DNA of 39,666 nt from Bacteroidota bacterium (GTDB lineage: Bacteria; Bacteroidota; Bacteroidia; Chitinophagales; Chitinophagaceae). Below, in pieces: positions 18,704-27,960 of the stretch. Below the pieces are notes generated by a model. It saw only the letters and a list, made by a program, of their open reading frames with translations. It did no database searches and was not told the origin of the DNA. A program made the position numbers and the translations under genes. Each line of letters begins with the position of its first letter. Position 1 is the first letter of the stretch. The stretch is from NCBI GenBank assembly GCA_023436425.1, contig JAEZJD010000032.1:1-39666 (forward strand), in the 5' to 3' direction.

Positions 18704-20548
18704 ATGAAACGCTGGCTGTTACCAATTGTGTTGTTGTTTTTTGTTTTTGCCCAAGCGCAAACAATAAAACCTTTCAGATTTGCATTCATAAGCGATACAC
18801 ACATTGGGTCGCCCAACGGTGGCGCGGAAGAAGACCTGCGAAGAACTGTCGCGGACATCAACTCGATGACCGACATTGATTTTGTAGTGGTAACAGGCGA
18901 CGTCACGGAACTGGGAAAGGACGATGAACTTAAGCTTGCAAAAAAACTTTTGGACAGTTTGCGTATTCGTTACTTTATAATTCCCGGAAATCACGACACC
19001 GGCTGGAGCGAAAGTGGTGGACTGAGCTTTAGCAGGACGTTCGGATCCGATAAATTTCATTTTGTTCATAACGGAATTCACTTGATTGGCTGTGCATCCG
19101 GACCGTATGTGCGCATGAGCGATGGACACGTGCCGCGAGACGCAGTGAACTGGTTGGAAAAAGAACTCTCAAAAATAAAATCCGGCGAACCAATCGTTTT
19201 TCTCAATCACTATCCGCTCGATAACGGCTTGGATAATTGGTACCAGGTGATTGAGCTGCTCAAAAAACAGAATACGCTAATCGCATTATGCGGACATGGA
19301 CATTCAAACAGAACGGTTCAGGCTGAGGGCATTCCCTCAGTTATGGGCAGATCCAATCTCCGTGCAAAACAGCTTGAAGGAGGCTATAATCTCGTCGACA
19401 TTAAAGAAGACTCAATTTATTTTACGGAAAGGAAGCCGCTTTCGAAAACTCAACACTTGTGGAAAGCTGTTGCTTTGGAAAATCATCACTACGAACAGAA
19501 CAAACAGTTTCCGCGTCCGGATTTTTCTGTTAATCAACAGTATCCACAAGTAAATCCAAAATGGATTTATCAGTCCGGTGCTAATGTTATTTCCACCCCT
19601 GTAGTGGTGCATAACCTCGTTGTGTTTGGCAATCAGAACGGAACAATAGAAGCGCTTGATCTGCAAAACGGAAAAAGGAAGTGGAAGATTGAAACGAGGG
19701 CCCCAATCTTTTCGTCACCCGCAGCAAAGGACGAAAAAATAATAGTGGCGAACGCGGATGGTATTATCTATTGCCTTTCCGCAAAAGGGAAAATTCTCTG
19801 GAAATTCAAATGCGATAAAGCTGTTCTCGGCTCGCCCGTTATTGAAAACAATGTTGTTTACATCGGCGGGAGCGATGGCAGGTTCAGCGCTTATGATTTA
19901 AACTCCGGCAGACCAATTTGGAGCAATTCCACAATTGCAGGACCGATAGTCAGCAAACCCGTTTTGACAACCGACAAAATTGTTTTTGGCGCATGGGATA
20001 CAAATCTTTATTGTCTGGATAAAGGCAACGGAAAGATTGTTTGGAAATGGAATAACGGCTCTCCTGTTATTAATTTTTCGCCGGCGGCTTGCATTCCTGT
20101 GATAAAAGATGATGTTGTGTACATCGTAGCACCTGACCGTTACCTATCAGCCATAAATTTAAATTCAGGCAAAACGCTGTGGCGCACAAATGAGGCGACA
20201 GTTCGTGAGAGTATCGGTATTTCGGGAGATGAGAAGCTTATTTATGGAAAAACAATGCAGGATACAATAGTCGCCTTTTTCACCAACAGCGAACGTCCGC
20301 AACTTGCATGGAAAATGAATGCAGGTTTCGGATATGAGCACGTGCCATCCATGCTGATTGAAAAAGAAGGAAAAGTTTTCTTCGGCACCCGAAACGGCGT
20401 AGTTTATTCCATCAATCCCACCAATCAACAAATAAACTGGGCTTATAAAATTGACAATTCAATGGTAAATACTGTGCAGGTGTTATCGGGAAAGGAGTTA
20501 ATCGCTTCCACTATGGACGGAAAAGTTGCGCTGCTGCAAGAGCATTAG
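18704..20548 (+). CDS. Secreted calcineurin-like metallophosphoesterase fused to PQQ/BamB-like beta-propeller repeats
   Basis: Signal peptide from MKRWLL (ATG 18704). Metallophosphoesterase motifs SDTH, GDVT, GNHD, NH, GHGH. Repeated S(T/S)P...A(L/Y)D..(N/S)G...W blades. Confidence 0.88.
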   Translation: MKRWLLPIVLLFFVFAQAQTIKPFRFAFISDTHIGSPNGGAEEDLRRTVADINSMTDIDFVVVTGDVTELGKDDELKLAKKLLDSLRIRYFIIPGNHDTGWSESGGLSFSRTFGSDKFHFVHNGIHLIGCASGPYVRMSDGHVPRDAVNWLEKELSKIKSGEPIVFLNHYPLDNGLDNWYQVIELLKKQNTLIALCGHGHSNRTVQAEGIPSVMGRSNLRAKQLEGGYNLVDIKEDSIYFTERKPLSKTQHLWKAVALENHHYEQNKQFPRPDFSVNQQYPQVNPKWIYQSGANVISTPVVVHNLVVFGNQNGTIEALDLQNGKRKWKIETRAPIFSSPAAKDEKIIVANADGIIYCLSAKGKILWKFKCDKAVLGSPVIENNVVYIGGSDGRFSAYDLNSGRPIWSNSTIAGPIVSKPVLTTDKIVFGAWDTNLYCLDKGNGKIVWKWNNGSPVINFSPAACIPVIKDDVVYIVAPDRYLSAINLNSGKTLWRTNEATVRESIGISGDEKLIYGKTMQDTIVAFFTNSERPQLAWKMNAGFGYEHVPSMLIEKEGKVFFGTRNGVVYSINPTNQQINWAYKIDNSMVNTVQVLSGKELIASTMDGKVALLQEH

Positions 20549-20716
20549 TTACCTGCGACCTTTACCTACGAGCCAGAGAATCAAAGCAATTATAGCTACA
20601 ACAATTATAATCCCGACCCACATGCCAGCTTTGAATATTCCGCCTACAACTTCGCAGGAGCTGAGAGTAACAGCAATGGCAATAGCACACAGAAATACCG
20701 AATTATACTTCTTCAT
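20549..20716 (-). CDS. 55-aa small membrane lipoprotein-like protein (absent from the ORF track)
   Basis: Hand translation MKKYNSVFLCAIAIAVTLSSCEVVGGIFKAGMWVGIIIVVAIIALILWLVGKGRR*: basic N-terminus, lipobox LSS-C, a second hydrophobic helix and a basic C-terminal tail. Confidence 0.8.
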   Translation of the reverse strand: MKKYNSVFLCAIAIAVTLSSCEVVGGIFKAGMWVGIIIVVAIIALILWLVGKGRR

Positions 20717-20757
20717 AAAAGTATTTTGGACACATTATGCAAAAGCTTTGCCGAGCT

Positions 20758-20835
20758 AAGGTTCCAAGGCGTCGAAAGGTTGAAACGTTTCCTGGATGAA
20801 CTCTGGAACTATTGAATCTCCGTAACTTTCGAACC
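20758..20835. repeat. Degenerate inverted array of 8-9-bp repeats
   Basis: Left AAGGTTCCA-AGGCGTCGA-AAGGTTGAA-ACGTTTCCT; right GAACTCTG-GAACTATTG-AATCTCCGT-AACTTTCG-AACC, which approximates the reverse complement of the left units. Confidence 0.45.
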
Positions 20836-20840
20836 CACCT

Positions 20841-21833
20841 CTAGCCCAAGTCAATATCCGTATTATCACCGATGTTCAGCGTTCTTGTTTCGCCGCGAAT
20901 GCTGGTATCGCTGCCAATTAATGAAAAGTCAAGAACAATATCGAAGAGGTTTGAATAAGAACCAATAATGGAATTACGCACAATAGAAAAATCGATCGTA
21001 GTGGCATCTCCGATCGTTACGTTAGGACCCACAATTGAATTCTTAATGTTGCAGCCTTTTCCGATGCTCACCGGCTGAATGATTACGGTATTTTCAAAAT
21101 CAGCACAAGGCTCGGTGTGAGCACCAAACTTCTTTAGCAATGTTGCATTCGATGCAAGCAGACTATCACGTTTGCCACAGTCAAACCAACTGTCCACCTT
21201 AAACGCTTTAAACTGCGCTCCTTTTTTTATCATGCAATCGAGGGCATCGGTAATGCTGTATTCACCATGGGTTTTTATTCCTTTTTCGATGTTTGCTTCG
21301 AGACATTCAAAAAGAAGATTTGTGTCTTTAATCTTGTACACACCCACAAGCGCCATATTCGACTTCGGAATCTGCGGCTTCTCCACCACGTGAGAAATCT
21401 CTGCTTGACCTGCAAGTTCGGCTACGCCAAAAGTTCTGGGGTCATCCACTTTCTTCACGCCCATCATCGACACATCACTGCTCAATACTTCCTTTACATC
21501 AAATTCACAAATCGTGTCGCCAAGGACGATCATTGCCTCATCTCCGCCTATTATATTTTTCGTCAGTTTTATTGCATGACCAATTCCCTGCCTGTCGTTT
21601 TGATAAACAAAATGCGCAGTCAGATCCGGATATTGCGCCTTCACATAATCCTGGATTTTTTCCCCTAAATAACCAACTATAAAAACAAATTCATTGATGT
21701 CGCCCTCTTTCAACTGGTCAACAATAATGCTCAAAACGGTTTTGCCTGCAAGTGGAATAAGAGCTTTGGGCTGCGTATATGTGTGTGGACGAAGTTTAGT
21801 TCCGGCACCTGCAACAGGAATAATTGCTTTCAT
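20841..21833 (-). CDS. Sugar-phosphate nucleotidyltransferase (glucose-1-phosphate thymidylyltransferase-like, long form)
   Basis: IIPVAGAGTKLRPHT..PK, LGD, EKP, WFDCG; C-terminal left-handed beta-helix hexapeptides. Confidence 0.9.
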   Translation of the reverse strand: MKAIIPVAGAGTKLRPHTYTQPKALIPLAGKTVLSIIVDQLKEGDINEFVFIVGYLGEKIQDYVKAQYPDLTAHFVYQNDRQGIGHAIKLTKNIIGGDEAMIVLGDTICEFDVKEVLSSDVSMMGVKKVDDPRTFGVAELAGQAEISHVVEKPQIPKSNMALVGVYKIKDTNLLFECLEANIEKGIKTHGEYSITDALDCMIKKGAQFKAFKVDSWFDCGKRDSLLASNATLLKKFGAHTEPCADFENTVIIQPVSIGKGCNIKNSIVGPNVTIGDATTIDFSIVRNSIIGSYSNLFDIVLDFSLIGSDTSIRGETRTLNIGDNTDIDLG

Positions 21834-21957
21834 GCATTTATTTTTTGATGGTCATGTTCACCTTTCCCTCTCACCCATCATGACAAACGAAAATAAGCGG
21901 TCGAAATTACCATTTTTTAATTCATAGGTCATCCATCTGTTTTCCGTATTCGCCTGC

Positions 21958-21965
21958 TATTTTTG
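21958..21965 (+). promoter_or_regulatory. Sigma-A -7 element (TATTTTTG) for glyA
   Basis: Exact TAnnTTTG about 90 nt upstream of the glyA ATG. Confidence 0.5.
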
Positions 21966-21974
21966 TGCGGATTT

Positions 21975-22027
21975 TTTTGGTGACCAGCTGCAGTGCTACT
22001 ATTTAGCTTCTGTTGTGTCACTCACTT
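21975..22027 (-). repeat. Dispersed ~53-bp element, copy 1
   Basis: Minus strand AAGTGAGTGACACAACA-GAAGCTAAATAGTAGCACTGCAGCTGGTCACCAAAA. The 17-bp core is identical to 33617-33633; 38/53 ungapped identity overall by hand alignment. Confidence 0.8.
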
Positions 22028-22056
22028 GTACACCTTCAATGCTATTCAGCAATTTC

Positions 22057-23334
22057 ATGAAAAAAGATCAACAGGTATTTGATATCATCAACAAAGAACT
22101 GCAGAGGCAGCGCAACGGAATTGAGCTCATCGCTTCAGAAAACTTCACCTCTCTGCAGGTGATGCAGGCAATGGGCAACGTGATGACAAACAAATACGCG
22201 GAAGGATATCCGGGGAGAAGATACTACGGCGGCTGCGAGTTTGTTGACGAATCGGAACAGTTAGCAATCGACCGCGTCAGGCAAATTTTCGGCTGCGACT
22301 ATGCGAACGTGCAACCCCACAGCGGTGCGCAAGCAAATGCTGCGTTAATGATGGCGATATTGAAGCCCGGAGATAAAATTCTCGGGCTGGATTTAAGCAT
22401 GGGTGGACATCTTACGCATGGCTCACCGGTAAACTTCAGCGGTAAACTATACCAGGCGTCTTTCTATGCGGTAAAAAAAGAAACCGGGTTGGTAGATTAT
22501 GAACAAATGGAGGAAGTTGCTGAAAGGGAAAAACCGCAACTGATTATTTGCGGCGCATCTGCATACAGCCGCGATTGGGACTACAAACGCATCCGCCAAA
22601 TTGCCGACTCTGTTGGTGCATTCGTCATGGCGGACATTGCACATCCTGCCGGGTTAATTGCAAAAGGTTTGCTTAACTCCCCTTTTGAACATTGTCATTT
22701 CGTTACATCGACAACGCACAAAACTTTACGCGGGCCAAGAGGCGGAATTATACTGATGGGAAAAGATTTCGAAAATCCATTTGGACTAAAAGATGTAAAA
22801 GGCAATATTCGGATGATGAGCAATTTGATTGACATGGCTGTTTTTCCGGGCACCCAGGGCGGACCTCTGGAGCACGTAATTGCAGCAAAGGCAATCGCAT
22901 TCGGTGAAATTTTATCTGATGAATTCACGCAGTACGCACGGCAGGTGCAGTTAAATGCTCAGGCAATGGCAAAGGCGTTTGTAGCAAAAAATTATCACAT
23001 CATAAGTGGTGGCACCGACAATCACCTGATGTTAATTGACCTGCGCAATAAAAAACTTACTGGGAAAAAAGCACAGGAAACTTTAGACAAAGCACACATT
23101 ACGCTTAATAAAAACGCCGTTCCTTTCGATGATAAAAGTCCGTTTGTAACATCGGGAATTCGCATTGGGGTGCCGGCGATCACAACACGCGGAATGAAAG
23201 AACAGCACATGCAAACTGTTGTAGATTTTGTCGACAAAGTGCTGATGAATATTGACGATGAAAAAACGGTAAGCAGTGTTTCCGAAGATGTGAAAAATTT
23301 TATGCAGCAGTTCCCACTTTATCCCGAACTCTGA
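22057..23334 (+). CDS. glyA: Serine hydroxymethyltransferase
   Basis: [44 protein letters not shown]. Start MKKDQQ at 22057. Confidence 0.98.
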   Translation: MKKDQQVFDIINKELQRQRNGIELIASENFTSLQVMQAMGNVMTNKYAEGYPGRRYYGGCEFVDESEQLAIDRVRQIFGCDYANVQPHSGAQANAALMMAILKPGDKILGLDLSMGGHLTHGSPVNFSGKLYQASFYAVKKETGLVDYEQMEEVAEREKPQLIICGASAYSRDWDYKRIRQIADSVGAFVMADIAHPAGLIAKGLLNSPFEHCHFVTSTTHKTLRGPRGGIILMGKDFENPFGLKDVKGNIRMMSNLIDMAVFPGTQGGPLEHVIAAKAIAFGEILSDEFTQYARQVQLNAQAMAKAFVAKNYHIISGGTDNHLMLIDLRNKKLTGKKAQETLDKAHITLNKNAVPFDDKSPFVTSGIRIGVPAITTRGMKEQHMQTVVDFVDKVLMNIDDEKTVSSVSEDVKNFMQQFPLYPEL

Positions 23335-23441
23335 AAAGTTCAAAGATTTCATAGATTCCAAACGTTCGGGAAGTTGCGTGACTAATCCAAGCTTCTGAAG
23401 TTCTTGGAACTTCTGGAACTTCTGAAACTTTTGAAACTATA
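23333..23441. repeat. Inverted array of 9-bp repeats between glyA and the next gene
   Basis: Left GAAAAGTTC-AAAGATTTC-ATAGATTCC-AAACGTTCG-GGAAGTTGC (23333-23377); right GGAACTTCT-GGAACTTCT-GAAACTTTT-GAAACTATA (23406-23441). Confidence 0.7.
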
Positions 23442-23449
23442 TTTACAAC

Positions 23450-23866
23450 ATGCTACAAAGAATACAATCGGTATGGCTTTTACTCGCCTCCCTTTTTGAT
23501 GCAATTACTTTCCGTTTTCCTTTCTTCAGAGGTGATTGGCTGAAGGACACAATTCCTTACGACATAGACCTGAATGCAAGAACCACAATCTGGCTGTCCA
23601 TCTTATCTGTGGTTGCGGGAGTGCTGGCATTCATCACTATTTTTCTTTTCAATAATCGCAGGCTGCAGCTGAAGCTTTGCTATGTCGGAATTTTTTTAAC
23701 AGCAGTGTTGCTGACGGTTTATTTTCTTGAGATGGCAAATTTCAGCAGTGGAACAGTTGCTCTTTGGTGCATTTTCTATTTTGCCATTCTTGCTTGCTAC
23801 ATCTTTGCAGCACGTGGCATTTGGAAGGATGAAAAATTGATAAAAAGTATGGACAGACTGCGGTAA
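23450..23866 (+). CDS. DUF4293 family membrane protein
   Basis: MLQRIQSVWL N-terminus, IFLFNNRRLQ and the C-terminal ARGIWKDEKLIKSMDRLR characteristic of the family; about four hydrophobic segments. Confidence 0.85.
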   Translation: MLQRIQSVWLLLASLFDAITFRFPFFRGDWLKDTIPYDIDLNARTTIWLSILSVVAGVLAFITIFLFNNRRLQLKLCYVGIFLTAVLLTVYFLEMANFSSGTVALWCIFYFAILACYIFAARGIWKDEKLIKSMDRLR

Positions 23867-23904
23867 GCCGCCAGCTACATTTCCCGAACCGAAATTTTGA
23901 ACAA

Positions 23905-26832
23905 CTACGTAATAAACTTTCCCGTCCAGCTGTTCTCAACTTGGGACAAACCGGACGGCACACCTGCATAAACAAGATAGCCACCTTCGTCGCCGGCCTC
24001 GGGCCCTAGATCAATCACCCAATCAGCACTTTTAATGACGTCTGTATTATGCTCGATTACAATAATCGAATGCCCTTGTTCAATCAAGGCATTGAATGAT
24101 GCCAGCAGTTTTTTTATGTCGTGAAAATGAAGTCCGGTCGTAGGTTCATCGAAGATGAACATAATTTTACCTGCAGCTTTTCCTTTACCAAGAAAAGACG
24201 CCAATTTAACACGCTGCGCTTCGCCACCGGAAAGCGTGTCGGATGATTGTCCGAGCTTCACATATCCCAAGCCAACGTCGCTCAACGCTTTGATCACATT
24301 TACGATTTGCTTTTCATTGCTGAAAAATTCAAGTGCTTCATCAACGCTCATTTCAAGCACCTCAAACACGTTTTTTCCTTTATACTGCACTTCCAGCACT
24401 TCTTCTTTGAATTTTTTGCCGTTGCACACTTCACACGTCAGGTGCACATCTGCCAGAAACTGCATTTCAACAATCTTTTCTCCTTCACCCTTGCAGGCGT
24501 CACATCTTCCGCCATCCACATTGAACGAAAAATGTTTCGGCAGGAAGCCGCGCATTTTACTCAGCGGCTGCGCCGCAAATAAGTCACGAACACAATCCCA
24601 TGCTTTCACATAAGTAACGGGATTACTGCGCGACGATTTGCCAATGGGATTTTGATCAACCATTTCTATCTGCGTAATCTGGTCGATATCGCCGGAAATC
24701 GCTTTGTGGAAACCGACTTTGTCTGCCGGTTCACCCTGCAATTTTTTTAATGCCGGGTAAAGAATATGCTTTACCAAACTCGTTTTGCCGCTTCCGCTTA
24801 CACCGCTTACTACGCACAAAAGATTTAATGGAAATTCTACTGTGATGTCCTTCAAATTGTGTTGTCTTGCGCCTTCGACAACAATTGAAGTTTTCTTTTT
24901 GCGAGTTTGCTTTGGAACTTCTATTTGCAAATCGCCCTTAAGGTATTTACCGGTCAAGCTTTCGGGATCAGCGATGATTTCATCGTAGTTGCCAGCGGCA
25001 ACCACTTCACCGCCCATGTGCGACGCCAGCGGACCCATATCAATAATGTGGTCGGCTTCCCGCATCATCATTTCGTCGTGCTCTACCACCACAACAGTGT
25101 TGCCCAAGTCGCGCAACTCCTTTAAAACTTTTATAAGATTGTAAGTGTCGCGGGGATGCAGCCCAATAGAAGGTTCATCCAAAATGTACAGCGAATTTGT
25201 GAGATTACTACCCAAACTTCTGGTGAGTTGAATACGCTGACTTTCACCTCCACTCAATGTATTTGCAAGCCGGTTCAATGTAAGATAACCTAGTCCTACA
25301 TGCATCATCGTGTCAATCCGGTGATTGATTTCGATGAGCACCCGCTTTGCCACTTCTTTGTCGTAATCGGACAAAGATTCGGCCGTTTCACTGAACCATT
25401 GTTTCAAGTCTCTTATAGGCAGCTCACTCAGTTCTCCGATGTGTCTTCCATTAACCTTCACGTATAAAGCTTCTTTTCGCAAGCGATATCCTTCGCAGTC
25501 GGGACAAGCAGTTTTGCCGCGATATCTGCTTAGCAAAACCCGATACTGAACTTTGTATAAATTTTGTTCTACTTCTTTAAAAAAGTCGTCGATGCCGTAC
25601 ACGTGCTCATTTCCCTTCCACAAAATCCGATATTGTTCTTTCGTCAAATCCGCGATAGCCTTGTGAACAGGAAAGTCAAACTTGCGTGCACCTTTGATGA
25701 AGTTTTCTTTCCACTTTCCCAACTTTTCTCCTTTCCAGGGAGCCACGGCGCCTTCGTAAATGCTTAGTCTTTTATCGGGAATTACAAGATCTTCATCAAT
25801 GCCCAGCACCAAAGAGAAACCTTCGCAGGTGGGGCATGCTCCAAACGGATTATTGAAAGAGAATAAATTGGGAGTAGGCTCCTCGAATGTTATTCCATCG
25901 AGCTCAAAGCGATTGTTGAAGTGAAGAAGTGAATGATGAGTTGATGGATGACCGTTTTCAGCTTCCGACTTTTTGTTTTCATATTTATTGGGTTCTTGTA
26001 TTTTTTCTTTTTGTACTTCTAAATAAACGTCACCTTCACCTTCGTAAAAAGCAGTTCCAGTAGAATCCGAAAGACGGTGCTTATCATCTTCATTAAATGG
26101 TTTTACTATGATGCGATCAATTAAAATGAAGATGTTTTCAGGATAACGGAAGGCAATTTCGAATTCGTCTTGATTGGACAGTAAATCTTCAATATGGTAA
26201 ATCTTTCCCTCGTCAACCGGATTTTCTTTTTTGGTATGAGAAAGAGGTGAAATATAGATGCGTGAAAAACCTTTTTGCATCAAGATGTTAAGTTCTTCAC
26301 GTTCGTCTCTATTCCGGTGCTGCTTGAAGGCTGCTAGAATGAAAACCTTGCTGCCTTCTGGCAGATTAGTGACTGCCTGAACAACATCAGGTACATCGTC
26401 TTTCTTGACAATTCTCCCAGATACAGGTGAAATTGTTTTGCCGATCCGCGCAAACATCAGCCGCAGGTAATCATAAATTTCAGTCAGACTTCCAACGGTG
26501 CTCCGCGGTGTCCGTGTAATAACTTTTTGTTCAATGGCAATGGCAGGTGCAAGACCTTTGATATAATCTACGTCCGGCTTGTCCATCCGGTTGAGAAACT
26601 GACGAACGTAAGCGCTCAGGCTTTCTGCATAACGCCGCTGCCCTTCTGCAAATAAGGTGTCGATCGTTAAGGAAGATTTTCCCGAGCCGGAAACTCCTGT
26701 AACGACAATTAATTTATTTCGGGGAAAAACAACATCAATATTCTTAAGGTTGTGAACCCGGGCACCTTTTATAAAAATATCCGTTGACTTATGAGATTGA
26801 GCCAATCGTTCCTTAACCGCTTTTTCTTTCAT
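23905..26832 (-). CDS. uvrA: Excinuclease ABC subunit A
   Basis: GARVHNLKN, two GVSGSGK(S/T) P-loops, two LSGGE signatures, CxxC zinc motifs, DEPSIGLH and DEPTTGLH. Confidence 0.96.
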   Translation of the reverse strand: MKEKAVKERLAQSHKSTDIFIKGARVHNLKNIDVVFPRNKLIVVTGVSGSGKSSLTIDTLFAEGQRRYAESLSAYVRQFLNRMDKPDVDYIKGLAPAIAIEQKVITRTPRSTVGSLTEIYDYLRLMFARIGKTISPVSGRIVKKDDVPDVVQAVTNLPEGSKVFILAAFKQHRNRDEREELNILMQKGFSRIYISPLSHTKKENPVDEGKIYHIEDLLSNQDEFEIAFRYPENIFILIDRIIVKPFNEDDKHRLSDSTGTAFYEGEGDVYLEVQKEKIQEPNKYENKKSEAENGHPSTHHSLLHFNNRFELDGITFEEPTPNLFSFNNPFGACPTCEGFSLVLGIDEDLVIPDKRLSIYEGAVAPWKGEKLGKWKENFIKGARKFDFPVHKAIADLTKEQYRILWKGNEHVYGIDDFFKEVEQNLYKVQYRVLLSRYRGKTACPDCEGYRLRKEALYVKVNGRHIGELSELPIRDLKQWFSETAESLSDYDKEVAKRVLIEINHRIDTMMHVGLGYLTLNRLANTLSGGESQRIQLTRSLGSNLTNSLYILDEPSIGLHPRDTYNLIKVLKELRDLGNTVVVVEHDEMMMREADHIIDMGPLASHMGGEVVAAGNYDEIIADPESLTGKYLKGDLQIEVPKQTRKKKTSIVVEGARQHNLKDITVEFPLNLLCVVSGVSGSGKTSLVKHILYPALKKLQGEPADKVGFHKAISGDIDQITQIEMVDQNPIGKSSRSNPVTYVKAWDCVRDLFAAQPLSKMRGFLPKHFSFNVDGGRCDACKGEGEKIVEMQFLADVHLTCEVCNGKKFKEEVLEVQYKGKNVFEVLEMSVDEALEFFSNEKQIVNVIKALSDVGLGYVKLGQSSDTLSGGEAQRVKLASFLGKGKAAGKIMFIFDEPTTGLHFHDIKKLLASFNALIEQGHSIIVIEHNTDVIKSADWVIDLGPEAGDEGGYLVYAGVPSGLSQVENSWTGKFIT

Positions 26833-26842
26833 CTTGAGCCGA

Positions 26843-26850
26843 CAAATGTA
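26843..26850 (-). promoter_or_regulatory. Sigma-A -7 element (TACATTTG) for uvrA
   Basis: Exact TAnnTTTG 10 nt upstream of the ATG. Confidence 0.55.
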
Positions 26851-27076
26851 GCATGGGACAAAAAGCTAACAGGAGAAGGTTAACAATTCTTTGCAGATTT
26901 TTTTCAGGCGCCGAACAATATTTATTGTGTTATTTGGAAAAGAAATCTATTTTTATAGCCAAATCAACCAAACCCCTAAACTTAAAAAGTTAACAAGCCT
27001 ATCGCATATACTTCTACTCCCAACTGAATTAATACGAAATCCAAGATCCTGAAACCCTAAAAAACTGTAGGAGTAT

Positions 27077-27658
27077 ATGAATGCATTATCTAAACTGTCC
27101 GATCACGAGCTAGTAAACTCGTTCAATGCTGGTAATGTAAACGCATTAGAAGCCTTGGTATTGCGCCACAAGGACAAACTTTACACTTCCATTTTCTTCC
27201 TTGTTAAGGACAAGTATCTTGCCGAAGATATTTTTCAGGATGTATTTATTCGCGTGATCGACACAATCCGCGGGGGACGATACACTGAAGAAGGGAAGTT
27301 TTTACCATGGGCAATGCGCATTGCACACAACCTTTGTGTAGATCATTTCAGAAAAGTTAAAAGAACGCCGACTATTAAAAACAGTGAAGATCAGGACATT
27401 TTTGAGGTGCTGAACTTTACCGAAGATTCCGCGGAAACGAAAATGATGAAGAAACAGAGCTATAATCGTGTAAAGGACATGCTCGACCAACTGCCGGAAG
27501 ACCAGCGTGAAGTTATAATTCTTCGTCACTACGCGGACATGAGCTTTAAAGAAATAGCCCATGTAACCAATTGCAGTATTAACACGGCTTTGGGAAGAAT
27601 GAGATACGGATTGATCAACTTGCGCAAGATGATGGTGCAAAAACAAATTGCTCTTTAA
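27077..27658 (+). CDS. Sigma-70 family RNA polymerase sigma factor (ECF-like)
   Basis: AEDIFQDVF, WAMRIAHNLCVDHFRK (region 2), LPEDQREVIILR..MSFKEIA..SINTALGRMRY (region 4). Confidence 0.93.
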   Translation: MNALSKLSDHELVNSFNAGNVNALEALVLRHKDKLYTSIFFLVKDKYLAEDIFQDVFIRVIDTIRGGRYTEEGKFLPWAMRIAHNLCVDHFRKVKRTPTIKNSEDQDIFEVLNFTEDSAETKMMKKQSYNRVKDMLDQLPEDQREVIILRHYADMSFKEIAHVTNCSINTALGRMRYGLINLRKMMVQKQIAL

Positions 27659-27752
27659 AGTTTAAATGAAACTTCGCTCTTAAATTCTTGTCATTTCTTT
27701 TCTCCCATCACACGCTTGCCGTGATAGGTTGATGAGAAATGACGCCCAACTG

Positions 27753-27778
27753 AAGCACTCGTTCGCGGGTGCTTTTTT
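27753..27778 (+). terminator. Intrinsic terminator after the sigma factor gene
   Basis: AAGCACTCG-TTCG-CGGGTGCTT stem with a TTCG loop, followed by a T-run. Confidence 0.8.
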
Positions 27779-27851
27779 AATGCTAATAATTCAAGGTGAT
27801 GATATCTTATCCGCAAATTCGATTGACCTTTTAGCCTTAAGGTTGTTTTCG

Positions 27852-27859
27852 TATTTTTG
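27852..27859 (+). promoter_or_regulatory. Sigma-A -7 element (TATTTTTG) for the PLP enzyme gene
   Basis: Exact TAnnTTTG downstream of the terminator and about 100 nt upstream of ATG 27961. Confidence 0.5.
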
Positions 27860-27960
27860 CAGAATACAAACTGCGACAACTTCGCTCAGAACCATAGCAG
27901 ATAACGAACAACAACTGTTCGATTTAACTTCAAACTTGAAACTAAAAACTATAAACTTTC

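Noticed and set aside
20526..20759. 77-aa plus-strand ORF
   Set aside because: Antisense shadow of the 55-aa lipoprotein-like gene; its Ile/Thr/Ala bias mirrors the hydrophobic codons on the other strand.
21930..22056. ZTP (pfl), glycine or THF riboswitch upstream of glyA
   Set aside because: I could not find the conserved aptamer sequences by eye. The leader is largely occupied by the dispersed 53-bp element. An Rfam scan would be definitive.
22015..22056. N-terminal extension of GlyA from GTG 22015
   Set aside because: The GTG lies inside the repeat core; SHMT-like sequence starts at ATG 22057.
23333..23441. CRISPR array
   Set aside because: Units are 9 bp without spacers, and no cas genes are present in the window.
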